DNA of 64,000 nt, taken from NCBI GenBank assembly GCA_050273025.1, contig CP158636.1, forward strand, positions 6,076,001 through 6,140,000, read 5' to 3'. Shown here one piece after another: positions 51,901-62,864 of the stretch (within the stretch, counting starts at the first letter, position 1; each line of letters begins with the position of its first letter). The notes below the pieces were generated by a model. That model did not search any database and was not told the DNA's origin. It was given only the letters and a program-made list of their open reading frames with translations. This DNA comes from Cenococcum geophilum (Eukaryota). Both the position numbers and the translations under genes were made by a program.

Positions 51901-52509
51901 CTATAGTGGGTTTTTTATGCGGATATAACGCCTAGTAGTAGTGGAGGCACTCTAGGCCAAGAGAGGATATTTTTAAAGAAGGACCTAACTATAGCACCTC
52001 CTAGGTGTTACAATAGCTTTAAGTAGTAGATATCTACATATCTGTATAGTTTTATCTATATTAGCAGACTATTTAATAAAATATAATATGTAATAATAAT
52101 TTTAATAATACGTTTTTTAACTTTAACGAAATTAATGTTAGGACTAAGCAATAGCCGTATTATAAAATTTATACCATTTAAAAGTCCTAAGTCTTAAAAA
52201 TATTATATTAACTTTTGGTAATAATAATGCGTTATATAAATAAATGAATTAGATATCCGCAATATCCGCTTAGCGGATTTTGCTAATAATTTTAATAAGA
52301 CGCGCTAAAGGCTCTTAGACGTGATTTTGCAATTCGGAAGACGGCGAAGGTTATTCCAACGCTAGCTAAAAAAAATCACGTCTAAGCTCGCTGAGGTAAG
52401 TCAGTTAGTTAGTATATAAAGTAGTTACAGTTAGTTAACAATTAGTTAGTAATAAGACTACAGCGAGCTAACAGCGAGCTGCCTTGGTGGTAAGAAAAGG
52501 ATAGTTTGG

Positions 52510-52790
52510 TTATCTTATAAATTAGACGCTCCGTAGTAGATTTTGGTTATAGGGTAGGAAAAGCACATATAACGGCTTCCTATACCCCCCCTAAAGTCTT
52601 CCGCAGAGCGTCTAAGAGCTTATAGGTATCCTTTTAGTATAAACTAAATATTTTAAAAATCGAATTATATATATATAATATAATAGATTATTTAGGTAGT
52701 TATATCTTTATAAATATATACTATAGCCCTATATCTAGAATATTAGGAGGCGAGATATATCGTCGTAGAACGTAAGTTAGGATCCCTAAA
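52510..52790 (+). mobile_element. Truncated left end of TTATCTC-family element
   Basis: TTATCTTATAAATTAGACGCTCCG...GAGCGTCTAAGAGC...GGCGAGATATATCGTCG homologous to 60282-60293 plus 62873-63215. Confidence 0.75.
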
Positions 52791-52999
52791 TGCTGTAAGG
52801 TAATAGGCTCTACACTACTTAGCTATAGCATAGACCCTAAAAGGTAAGCGAGTAACTAGTAAGATGTTAGGTATGGCGTGCGGAACAATATATGTTAGTG
52901 GGGGGGTAAATAAAATTAGTAATAAAATTATTATAGAAAAGTTCTATTAAAAAACGTTGATTAAAAAAGACTTAGGCAGTCTCTTTGAGCTCAGTGGCG

Positions 53000-55800
53000 T
53001 GTCACGTAATAGGTCACGTGACAGCGCGCAGGCTATCGTGTAGTTACTTTCTTGGGCTACTGTTATGCCTAAGCCCAACCCACTCGACCATACAAACCAC
53101 CAAAAAGGTAGCAGTAGTGTCTCGCGACTGGACGGGCTGCCGGTTGGAATGCCTTATAAGCTCTCCGGCCTATACCGCAGGTATGGGTAGCGCATCGCAT
53201 GACAGCTACCGAGCCCCTTAGATTCTTGCTTATAGAGCATTATATATATCATTCCACCAGCCTGCTTAGTAGCCTAACAACATATACGGGCGAGGTGACT
53301 TTGTATAGGACGAAGATTCCCTATAAGCGAAGCATAAGAAAGGCTTTTATAAAAATAGGAAAAGAACCCAAACCTAGAGTAGGCATTAATCCTTATATAT
53401 ATAAAAGACACGGCTAAAGAGCTAGGCCGCTAGGTAAATAAAATAGCTTATAGGCTAATAAACAGCGAGTAAAAGGTAAACAAAGTATTTAGCCTTAGAG
53501 TTGGATAATTAATACTAGAATTATAAAGTTTAAGGATCTAAAGAATTTAATAGCTAAACGCGAACCAGGAGAAGACTGAAAAGGATTTAAGAATTAAATT
53601 AAAGCGTAATAAGAATAAAGAGGTTACTGAGGATTAAGAATACTAGGTAGACTAAGGGATAAAGCACCCTTATACAAAATTACTAATAGGCCTAGAATAG
53701 GCACGCTAAGAGTAAAATGGCTCAAATAACTAGAATAAGAAGAAGATTTAAAAAACGGTATATAAAGGGCTATTATAAAGTAGTAATAACTAGGTACTTT
53801 TTTATAGATAGGTTGAATACACTTATAGAGCTATACTAAAAGTAATATAGGTAGCGTTATAACGATAATTAGGAAGATTTTTACTTATCGCTAGATAAAA
53901 GAGTTATTTAAGACTAAGCTATTACGGAAAGGTGTATAAGTTATATTAAAGAAGCATTAATTATAATGTCTAAAAACTTAGAAGAAAGATTAGAAAACTA
54001 AAGATATAAAAGGTAGATTTTAGTACTAGCAAGTAAGAAACAAATATTTAAATTAGCTAGATAGAGGTTTAAACTTAAGAGTAAAAATAAGCTAAGAGTT
54101 AACCTAAGATATCTAGTATATTATATATTAGTATAAATAATATATATAGATAATATATATAATATATATAAAAATCCAAAAGAAAAAAAATAGAAATATC
54201 TAATAAGAATATATTAGGCGTTAAATAAGCAATAGTATAAAATACCAAGTATATATAGCTAGCATCCAGTAGAAGTTTAGAAGTTAGATAACTTAATACT
54301 TTAACTAAAAGGATTCTTTATAGAATAATGCTTAGACGGATAATAGTAATAGAAATGCTTAGAAAATATATATTTATAATATATTAAGGATAAAAAGCAA
54401 ACTAGGCATTAGCTAAAGAGTAAGCTAAGCATAATAAAATTAAGTAGCTAATAGTTAGGAAAGGGCGAGGCCTATAAAACTAAATAGAGCTAGTAGTAAG
54501 GCCCTAAACTCTTAAAGGAATTTAAAGATAATGCTTAAATTTATAAGTTAATTGGTAAAATTAATGGTTTAAGGCACTAATAGATAGTAAAGCAATAAGA
54601 AACTATATCTACTAATAGTAATTAAAAGGATAGAACTACCTTATAGACAGAAGAAACACCTTTACTTATTAGTTATAATTTTAGGAGATCTAATAGCCTA
54701 TAAAGAAGGTATTATTAAGTCTAAAATAAGACCTATTTAGATAACCATTAAAGGAAGATAAATTTTAATATCTTTTAATATCTTACTATTAAGATAAAAT
54801 AAGGTAGTTTTAGAAATGCCTTAGTTATAGGAATATAATCTAAGAATCGATTGGGTTATAGGTTAAGTTAATATTAAAAATACTTAGCGATATAAAAGGC
54901 GTATAGTAACTAAATTAGTAAAGTACTAGTTTAGAGTAATATATAAGGAAACTAAAAAAGGGGTAAGTTATATATTAAAGAGATACTATAAATATAGCAA
55001 AAAGCTATAGAGCCTAAAAAGTAAAAAGCCGTTAGAATATATAGTATAGGACTATATAATAAAGTTAGAACTATAAATAAGTCTAAAGTTCTTTCTAATC
55101 TATAAGCAAACAAAAGAAGAGTTAAGAGTACTTAAAGAGTTTGTTTAGAAGAATTTATAAAAGGGATATATTAGACTATTATAGTTATTAGTATATTATC
55201 CAGTACTATTCATACTAAAGAAAAATAAAAAGCTTAGGCTATATATTAACTATAAATAGTTAAATAGCATTACTTAGAAGAATAGATATCCTTTACTCTT
55301 AATTAGTGAAATTTAGGACTAGATAGGTAACGCGCAAATCTTTATAAAGATAGATCTAAGATAGATGTACTATTAGATTAGAATTAAGGAGGGTAATAAA
55401 TAAAAGGTAGCATTTAGGTTAAAGGAAGGACTATATAAACTATTAGTTATATAATTTAGATTTATAAACGTATTAATAATATTCTAAAAGCAAATTAATA
55501 GCGTATTAGGAGAATACCTTAATATGTTTATTATAGTATACCTTAAAAATATTATTATCTACTTAATAACTAAGGAAAAATACAGAGAGTATATTAAATG
55601 GGGTTTAAAAAGACTATAAGAAGAATAAATGCTAGTAGTAATTAAAAAATGCAAGTTCTTTATAAGGAAGACTAATTTTATTAAATTTATTATTAAACTA
55701 GGTTATATTAATATAAACTAAAAGAAGATAGAAGCTATAGTAAGTTAATAAGAACTAGAGAATATAATATAGTTAAGGTTATTCTTAGGGTTTTATAACT
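53000..55800 (+). mobile_element. Truncated Ty3/Gypsy element (probable LTR 53000-53279, protease and RT), related to the Gypsy at 21369
   Basis: 54480-55800 colinear with 24820-26130; breaks at the GFxNY motif where repeat R starts; LTR-like TGTCACG...TAACA less certain. Confidence 0.8.
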
Positions 55801-55939
55801 ACTGCCGCCGAGTAACTGCACTGACTAGAGGCTTTAACACCAAGCCATATACGGTATAGAGCCTCTAGATAGGCTTACGGCCGCAATAGACCTTTTATGG
55901 TGACTAGAATGGGGTCGCAGCTCGGAGTGGTCAGAAGGT
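55801..55939. repeat. Dispersed repeat R, copy 2
   Basis: Direct repeat of 15962-16120 with a few substitutions and a short deletion. Confidence 0.85.
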
Positions 55940-56087
55940 GTGCGCACAGGTCGGCTAGACCACGCTAAAAGGTCGGCCCGATAAGCGAAACCTCCGCCCA
56001 CCACACTAAATCTCACCTTCCCTCTCTCACTTTGACCTCACCTCACGACACTAGAATTTTCGAGCATCAAACCCCAATACACCCGGT

Positions 56088-57044
56088 ATGGCACCGCTCA
56101 CGTTGCGCCTCAAATCCTTAGAGGACCTAGATCCGTGGATTATCGAACAAAAGGCTTTCGATATCCTGAACGAATTTCTTCAGCCTAACAGCACCGTCTC
56201 TCCAAAAACGACCGCCCGGGCCATTAACGAGCTAACTCCGATGAAGCGTCGAGCTTTGCAAGGGAATGGAGAAGGGGTCGAGGAGCCTGATAGCTTCCTA
56301 TTAGAAATATGTGGCATACTCATCGACATAGCCAAGCAAATTCCTCATAATCACCTATCTTAGGAAAGGTTTATTCAATTTTTTGAAGAGCTAAACTCTC
56401 TGCCGCCTACCACTATTACTACCCAAGATGTACGCGATACTTCCGTTTAATTGCTCTTAGAATATACATATGCTAAGCTTTAGTCTTAGGGGTATGATAT
56501 AAGGTTCTGGACTAAACTTCCCTCTCTAGATACGAGTTTGAGAGAAGCCTGGCTTGGTATGTTTCCTCCTAATATATCTAATTCCCGAATCTAATTTGTT
56601 TATTAAGAGCCTGTGGAGCAAGATGACACCTTAGGACCATTTTACCAATGGGTTAATCTGAATTCCTTTGCAGCCCGTCTACTAGCTACTGGGCTGGTCA
56701 GTTGGACACATTTCGCTATTTGGTCACTGCGGGCAGCGCTAGAGAATCCACCACCAAAGTCCCGGGATTTCTGGGGGTTCCGGATCGTTGCTGCTGCATA
56801 GTGGATTGAGTATAGCAGTTCCAAGCTTTTTGAGAGGCTAGGTGATGAAGATGATGAAGAATTACTACGAGTGACGGCTACCGGCCCGTTCTATAAGGGA
56901 GAACCTGGTCTTTGCCCTGAAAGGTGGCTATTTTGGAAGGAGAAATTCCGCACTATAGCACAGCAGGTTGAGTCTAAAGAGGTTAAAGATATTGCTATCA
57001 GTGCTGCTGATAAGATGGATATTAAGGAACTTTATGTCAGGTAA
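56088..57044 (+). pseudogene. DUF3632-like protein pseudogene (2 introns, 2 in-frame TAG stops)
   Basis: DIAKQIPHNH, FWTKLP, WVNLNSFAARL, AIWSLRAALE, AAA*WI, ERWLFWKEKF motifs typical of fungal DUF3632; TAG at 56361 and 56799 where Q (CAG) is expected. Confidence 0.8.
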
Positions 57045-57143
57045 AACCTAAGTAGATAGTTATATAGCCTAAGGTATGGGGCGACCTAGGGGTGACTCGC
57101 TTGTGAGGCACGTGCCTAGGGAAAGCCCTTCCTTAACTTTGAC

Positions 57144-58595
57144 TTAGTATGCTCAGACTAAGAAACCGATGAATATCCGCTGCGTGGATAATCGAATATC
57201 CGCAAGCTAACCTATTCGATTGATCGATCTGTTTCTTGGTCTGAGCCACTTTGGCAAGCTTTTGGAAGCCGAGCCGCTTTATTTATATAAGGCAAATTAT
57301 TAACTTTAATGAAATTAATGTAAGTAACCGCTACATCTATTATCCTGTTAATACCTGCATTAGAGTCACCTTTATTAGCTCTCTAATTGATGGATTTTCT
57401 AGAACCAACTGCCGGCCATGGGTGCATCTAAAAGGCGTGGAAGAAACCCCTATTTTATCTAGCAGGAACTAGTCTTCTCAAGCTTTCGATTGAACAGTAG
57501 ATATTTGGGATATCTGTATTGTGTACTAGTGCATCTAATGTGACTAGAATTTAAATTTAAGACGTTGGGCGTACGTATTTAATATATAAATGGTCTTTAT
57601 TAATATCCACAAGCGTTACGTAGTAGTTTTATACTACTTCTCTAGTAATAGCAGCATCGTAGCCGTAACAGATTAACTAGCTATAAATAGTATTATAATA
57701 GGCAGAAGGAGAAGAAGCAGGCCTAACAGCGACCTTGGTAGCAGCCTCTATAGTAACCTCTACAACAGCCTCCACAGCAGCCTCCGCAACAGCCTTCGCA
57801 ATAGCCTCCGCAATAGCCTCTGTAATAGCCTCCGCAATAGCCTCTGTAACAGCCTCCGCAGCAATCTCTATAGCAATCTCCGTAGTAATCTCCGTAGCGG
57901 TCTCCGTAGTCTCCGTAGTAGCCTCCGTGCTATTGCTCTAGTTGTAACCAGCCACGCTAACCCTTCTAACTTAGCCGGTTTAAAACTTGCGAGATCTGCT
58001 ATATAACCAATAAAAAAGCTTTATACTAAAGGTCTAAGCGGACGCAGTTATATAACTAATAACGGCTAGGACGGTTGCTAGTAGCCTAGATGGTAGTGGC
58101 CAAAGCAGCTAGAGTAGGGGACGGTATGGCAGTAGTAGCAGTAATGGTAGTAGTGGTAGTAGTAGGGCAGCAGTAGGGCAGCAGTAGGGCAGTAGTAGGG
58201 TAGTAGTAGGTTAGTAGTAGGGCAGTAGTAGGGTAGTAAAAATTGAGGGCTGTAAGTTCTTGGAAAATTTGGCAGAATTCTTGTATTGTATACTTTGGCA
58301 AACTATATCACGGCTATTTTGAAATTAATGTTAGAAATGGGAAGGCAGGGAGACTTTTTATATAGACTATTTGATTCGCCAGAGCTTAATATATAATTAA
58401 TGGATTTTTTAAGCTGCCTAAACTCGTTATAATAATAAAAAGTGAATATCCGTAATATTAGCAATGTGGATTTAGTGATGTGCTTTACAAACGTCTGCCA
58501 AAGTGTCTCAGACCACATAGGGACAGATGGCCTAAACTGGTTTAGTGCCATCGGGCCGGATTTATCCGGCGTCCCATGTGGTCTGAGCATGCTAA
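57144..58595 (+). mobile_element. Non-autonomous Academ-like element with 15-bp TIRs and low-complexity filler
   Basis: TTAGTATGCTCAGAC / GTCTGAGCATGCTAA; flanked by GAC/GAC; left ~200 bp homologous to the AcademH left end; fold-backs 57152-57245 and 58507-58587. Confidence 0.78.
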
Positions 58596-58611
58596 GACAA
58601 TCCTTAACTCT

Positions 58612-58692
58612 TTACCTCAGCAAGACGTGATTTTTTTGGCTAGCGTTGGAATAACGGTAGGACCGTCCTCCTTGCAAAATCACGTCTGAGTT
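58612..58692 (-). mobile_element. Right terminus of an AcademH-family copy (inverted), host to later insertions
   Basis: Reverse complement of 52314-52399 (TTACCTCAG...GACGTGATTTTTTTGGCTAGCGTTGGAATAAC...GCAAAATCACGTCTGAG). Confidence 0.82.
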
Positions 58693-60174
58693 TTACCTCA
58701 GCAAGCTCAGACGCGATTCTGTTGGTGCGGATTTTCAATCGGTCCGCAAGCTTACTAACTACGTTTGTGCGAAACCACCAGAATCACGTCTGAGCGTGGT
58801 TCTTAGTAAATTCAACAATATCCGCGTTGCGGAAATTGCGGATATTGGAATAACTCAACACCAATATTTTATATTATTTCCCAAAGTTCATCGATTATAC
58901 AACAGAACCTAGGCTTTTAGAATATATTATTTTTATTACTTAGGTATTTTCAGGTCTTAAGATCATTTTCGTTAAAAAAAAAAAGCGTTATTAGCAATTC
59001 TGTGACTATATATAACTTTATTAAACGCTAGCTAATATATATAAAACCTATATAAATCTACAATAGCTACCCTAAAGAACCTTAGGTAGTTATTATTTGG
59101 GTAGGCCGTACAGAGGCTCCGTGTATAAAAGCTCTGCACGAAGCCCTGCGTACGGAGGCGCTGCATACGGAGGCTCTGCATACGGAGGCTCTGCATGAAG
59201 CTCTGCATGAAGCTCTGCACGAAGCTCTGCGTACGGAGGCTCTGCACGAAGCTCTGCACGAAGCTCTGCACGAAACTCTGCGACGGAGGCTCTGCATATG
59301 GAGGCTCTGCACGAAGCTCTGCACGAAGCTCTGCACGAAGCTTTGCGTACGGAGGCTCTGCATACGGAGGCTCTGCATACGGAGGCTCTGCATGAAGCTC
59401 TGCACGAAGCTCTGCGTACGGAGGCTCTGCATACGGAGGCTCTGCATGAAGCTCTGCACGAGGCTCTGCACGAAGCTCTGCACGAAGCTCTGCACGAAGC
59501 TCTGCACGAGGCCCTGCACGAAGCTCTGCACGAAGCTCTGCACGAAGCTCTGCACGAAGCTCTGCACGAAGCTCTGCACGAAGCTCTGCACGAAGCTCTG
59601 CGTACGGAGGCTCCGCACGAAACTCTGTATACGGAGGCTCTGCACGACGGCTCTACTACGGAGGCTCTATATAAAAGCTTTGTGCAGAGCTTCGTGTAAA
59701 GCTTCGTGTAAAGCTTCGTATAAAGCTTCGTGCAGAGCCTCCGTACGCAGAGCTTCGTGCAGAGCTTCGTGCAGAGCCTCGTGCAGAGCCTCGTGCAGAG
59801 CCTCGTGCAGAGCCTCGTGCAGAGCTTCGTGCAGAGCTTCGTGCAGACCCTGAGTAGGCGAATCGCCCATTCGGCGGCGCTTTCTACTAGATATCGTGGA
59901 GGCGTACGGAGTAGATATACTGATCGATTATAGAGCTGCTTCTGCGGATCAATTTGACGGTATTTCTGAGATAATAGCTGTTGTGGGGGTGTAGATCAAT
60001 TTCGTTAAAGAAGGTAACTGCTCTACATACAAAATAAGTCGCATCGCTTAATAAACCTCGCGAAAGTCCCTCAGACCATAGAATCAACTTTTTGACAAAA
60101 AAGGTTAGCGATATCCGCTTGCGGATATACGTAAGTCCGCTAATTGATTCTACGGTCTGAGCTTGCTGAGGTAA
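58693..60174 (-). mobile_element. Non-autonomous AcademH derivative (1482 bp) carrying a fold-back minisatellite
   Basis: Perfect 20-bp TIR TTACCTCAGCAAGCTCAGAC; perfect 9-bp TSD GTCTGAGTT (58684-58692 / 60175-60183). Confidence 0.92.
59110..59850. repeat. 12/15-bp minisatellite (GAAGCTCTGCAC / ACGGAGGCTCTGCAT) with an inverted block
   Basis: Forward units ~59110-59665, reverse-complement units (GTGCAGAGCTTC) ~59680-59850. Confidence 0.95.
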
Positions 60175-60293
60175 GTCTGAGTTACCGCAGGCTCAGACGT
60201 GATTCCGTTGGTGCGGATTTTTAATCGGTCCGCAAGCTGACTAACTACATTTGTGCGAAACCACCGGAATCACGTCTGAGGTTATCTCATGAA

Positions 60294-62864
60294 TAGGGGT
60301 GTGAATACACAGTGTAAGTCAAAATATTACACGTGTACACCGTGTATTACACAATGTAATACACCGTGTAGTGTAAGCTGCTTATATAATATATTATATA
60401 TCGTAATCCTCAATGTCCTCCTGATTATCAGCCTCATCGTCGCCAAATTTATATACATCCGGCTTAAAAAGAGCCTCTACTAGATCCTTATCCTTTTCTT
60501 TATCCTTATCCTTTTCTTTATCCTTATCCTCTTTATCGTTAAACTAGGTATTTCTTTTGTCTCTAACTCTCTCTCGTATTCGCAGATTCCAGTATATATA
60601 TACTAGCTTGTTCACTTAATCGTTTAATAGAGAATTTCTATTCTTACTATAAATATAGCTAAAGGCCGACCAGTTCCTTTCTGCAGCACTAGTAGTAGGT
60701 GATATTAAAAGCGCCCACTTTGCTAATTAAATAAGCTTAGTATGAGATAAAAAGAGATTCTTCTACTATAGAACTAGGTCCATCTTCTTTGCAGCTGCCT
60801 AATTAAGAGGCCTACTAAAAGGACCTGATTTAGCTCGTAATTTAAGAAGCTCTACGTATACTATAGCCGTCTTCTTTTTATCGTTTTTATAGTGCTTCAA
60901 TAGCTAACCTCTAATACCTTTTACCTGCTTGTTGGTGACGTTAATAGGTATCTTATTACGGGCAACAGGATCGCAGAGGTAGGCAATTGTTATAAGGGGG
61001 TAGTAGAGCTTTTTAAAGCGCTGGTTAATAAGCTTATGCGCCTCCGAGTAAGTAAGTAGAGAATTTAATAAGGTAGCTGTCTCTTTAAGTAGGAAGGTGT
61101 AATAACCGTATAAGCGCGAGAGCTTTGGCTTATTAGTTTTAAGCGATATTATTACTTAAAGAAAAGGTGTTAATAGAGCCTCTAATTCCTTTGTCTTGGT
61201 CCAGTATTACTTATTAAGAATTACGTTCCTTATCCTATTATACTTCTCCTTCGCGTTTATATCTAGCTTATTACTTTAGCAAGCTCGTTAATTAAGAATA
61301 GCCTATTATATTACCTTAATATTACTAATATTTAATTAAACGGTATATAATTTGCCCTACTACCTTGTTTTACCTGGTAGCTATAAAGCAATAAACTTTT
61401 AATTAATTTCCTTAGCAGTAGCTTTAAGTAAGCTATTTAATACGCCTAAATTCTTCTAATATTAATTAACCTCCTTAACGGCTTTAAAGTGTTAATAAAG
61501 CTTTGGCACCTTTATAATATCCTTAACTAAAAGGTTCATTATATAAGAGCCGTATCTAAGGCAGAGAATCTTAGGGTACTGTTACGGCACTGACGCGCGT
61601 AACCTGGATAGGGCTTAGTCAGGGTTCGGCTAAAGGCTTGGCTCCCCCTTGTATATAGACGTGTCCTCACCGCCATCTTCTTCTTCTCCTCATCTTGATA
61701 TCTGGGTCTATAGACATTCCAATTGTACAGGCTTGCATACGTTCTAAACGGCGCTCGTGCCTCAATTGACTGAGTCGCTGTGACAGGTACGCCCTTCTAA
61801 GACTTCTTTATATTGCTAGTGTTATTGGTAGTTATAGCGACAATATTCTTAGGACCAATTTCCCTAATTATCTCGTTTAAGCCGTCCGCAATATATTAAC
61901 TAGTATAGCGGTCCTTTCCTGCTATAATTAACTTTAGGAATATAGCCTCTAATTAAGTAATTAATAGGTAGTTAACAATACTCTTACCCCGAGGATTTAA
62001 CCAGCCATTAGATACTAGTGTTAGCTTACCTAAATATTAAGTAATTAGGCCGTTTATTTTAGCCTTAAGCTTCTTATATATTTAATTAAGAAGAGGATTA
62101 GCTAGCTAGTAGCGTAAGGGAGGCTTATAGGTAGGTCGGATTTAATAGAGGAATTTAAGAAACAGCTTATTCTTAACCTAGGATAATTAGTAAGTAATTA
62201 AAATATTAACTAAGTAGCTACCTACTAAACTTAAAGTAATTCCAGCACTAAAGAAGAACTTAGTAAGGAGCTTGTTAAGTATAGCTGCCTCTACTGTCTT
62301 AATGCTATCGTGCTAAGCCCCCTCACGCAGTCGCTTGTAATTGGGCTTTAAAGCGCTTTTTGGAGCCTCTAATAGGTGTAGTTAATATTTAGAATATAGG
62401 CGTTAAGGTAGTTCTTAGTACCTTTTTAGATAGGTAACGACTTTCTGACGGCTATTTGAGTGCTATATCTTCTGGCAGTGAATATAGACAACCTTTGGGT
62501 GGGTTTTACTAGGGAGCTTATAGGTAGCAACCTCCTTCTAGCATAGATCAGCTATAGAGCCTCCTATTTAGTGACGGTAGCCCTTAGTTAAACGATTAAA
62601 AAGGTAGGCTTAAAACACTATGCTAAGACTCGTGATAAAGATGAGTATATAGCTTAAAGAAAGAGTGTGATAAACGGCGTTGTAAATAGATGCTCTGCTC
62701 TAGTAATTTGCTATGGGCGAGCCATCCAAAGGAAAGATTCTTCATTACACTGTTTACTAAGCATATGGCCCGTGCAATACATGGTGTAAGCCTCCAGAAT
62801 ACACGTGTACACCGTGTATGTACACAAGTGTATGTACACGTGTAAGTGTAAGCTCACACCCCTA
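60294..62864 (-). mobile_element. hAT DNA transposon with RIP-degraded transposase
   Basis: 11-bp TIR TAGGGGTGTGA, 8-bp TSD CTCATGAA, subterminal TGTA/TACAC repeats; minus-strand TLVSNGWLNPRGKSIVNY (DUF659-like) and SAAERNWSAFSYIYSKNRNSL (hAT dimerisation). Confidence 0.93.
61580..61785. mobile_element. Solo LTR (206 bp) inside the hAT transposase
   Basis: TGTTAC...GTGACA ends, TSD GGTAC/GGTAC, GC-balanced relative to its host. Confidence 0.88.

Larger units (their letters stand above)
18437..52399 (+). mobile_element. AcademH-type DNA transposon (RIP-inactivated), ~12.3 kb after removing nested LTR elements
   Basis: TIRs TTACCTCAGAAGCTCAGAC / GTCTAAGCTCGCTGAGGTAA; 9-bp TSD GTCAGTCAG (18428-18436) / GTCAGTTAG (52400-52408, one RIP-type change); convergent DUF6589-like transposase and RecQ-like helicase relics. 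Confidence 0.88.

Noticed and set aside
15962..55939. The two R copies as LTRs or direct terminal repeats of one 40-kb element
   Set aside because: No TG...CA ends, no TSD, and copy 2 truncates the sequence on its left just as copy 1 does, so both behave as the same-side end
57735..58301. Ala/Ser/Thr-rich hydrophobic ORFs
   Set aside because: Translations of low-complexity repeats within a non-autonomous element
59110..59850. CRISPR-like array
   Set aside because: Units are contiguous with no unique spacers; eukaryotic context with no cas genes
59032..59933. ORFs with EALH / QSFV / TKLC repeats as real proteins
   Set aside because: Open in several frames on both strands simply because 12/15-bp units lack stops; they lie inside a TIR/TSD-bounded non-autonomous element
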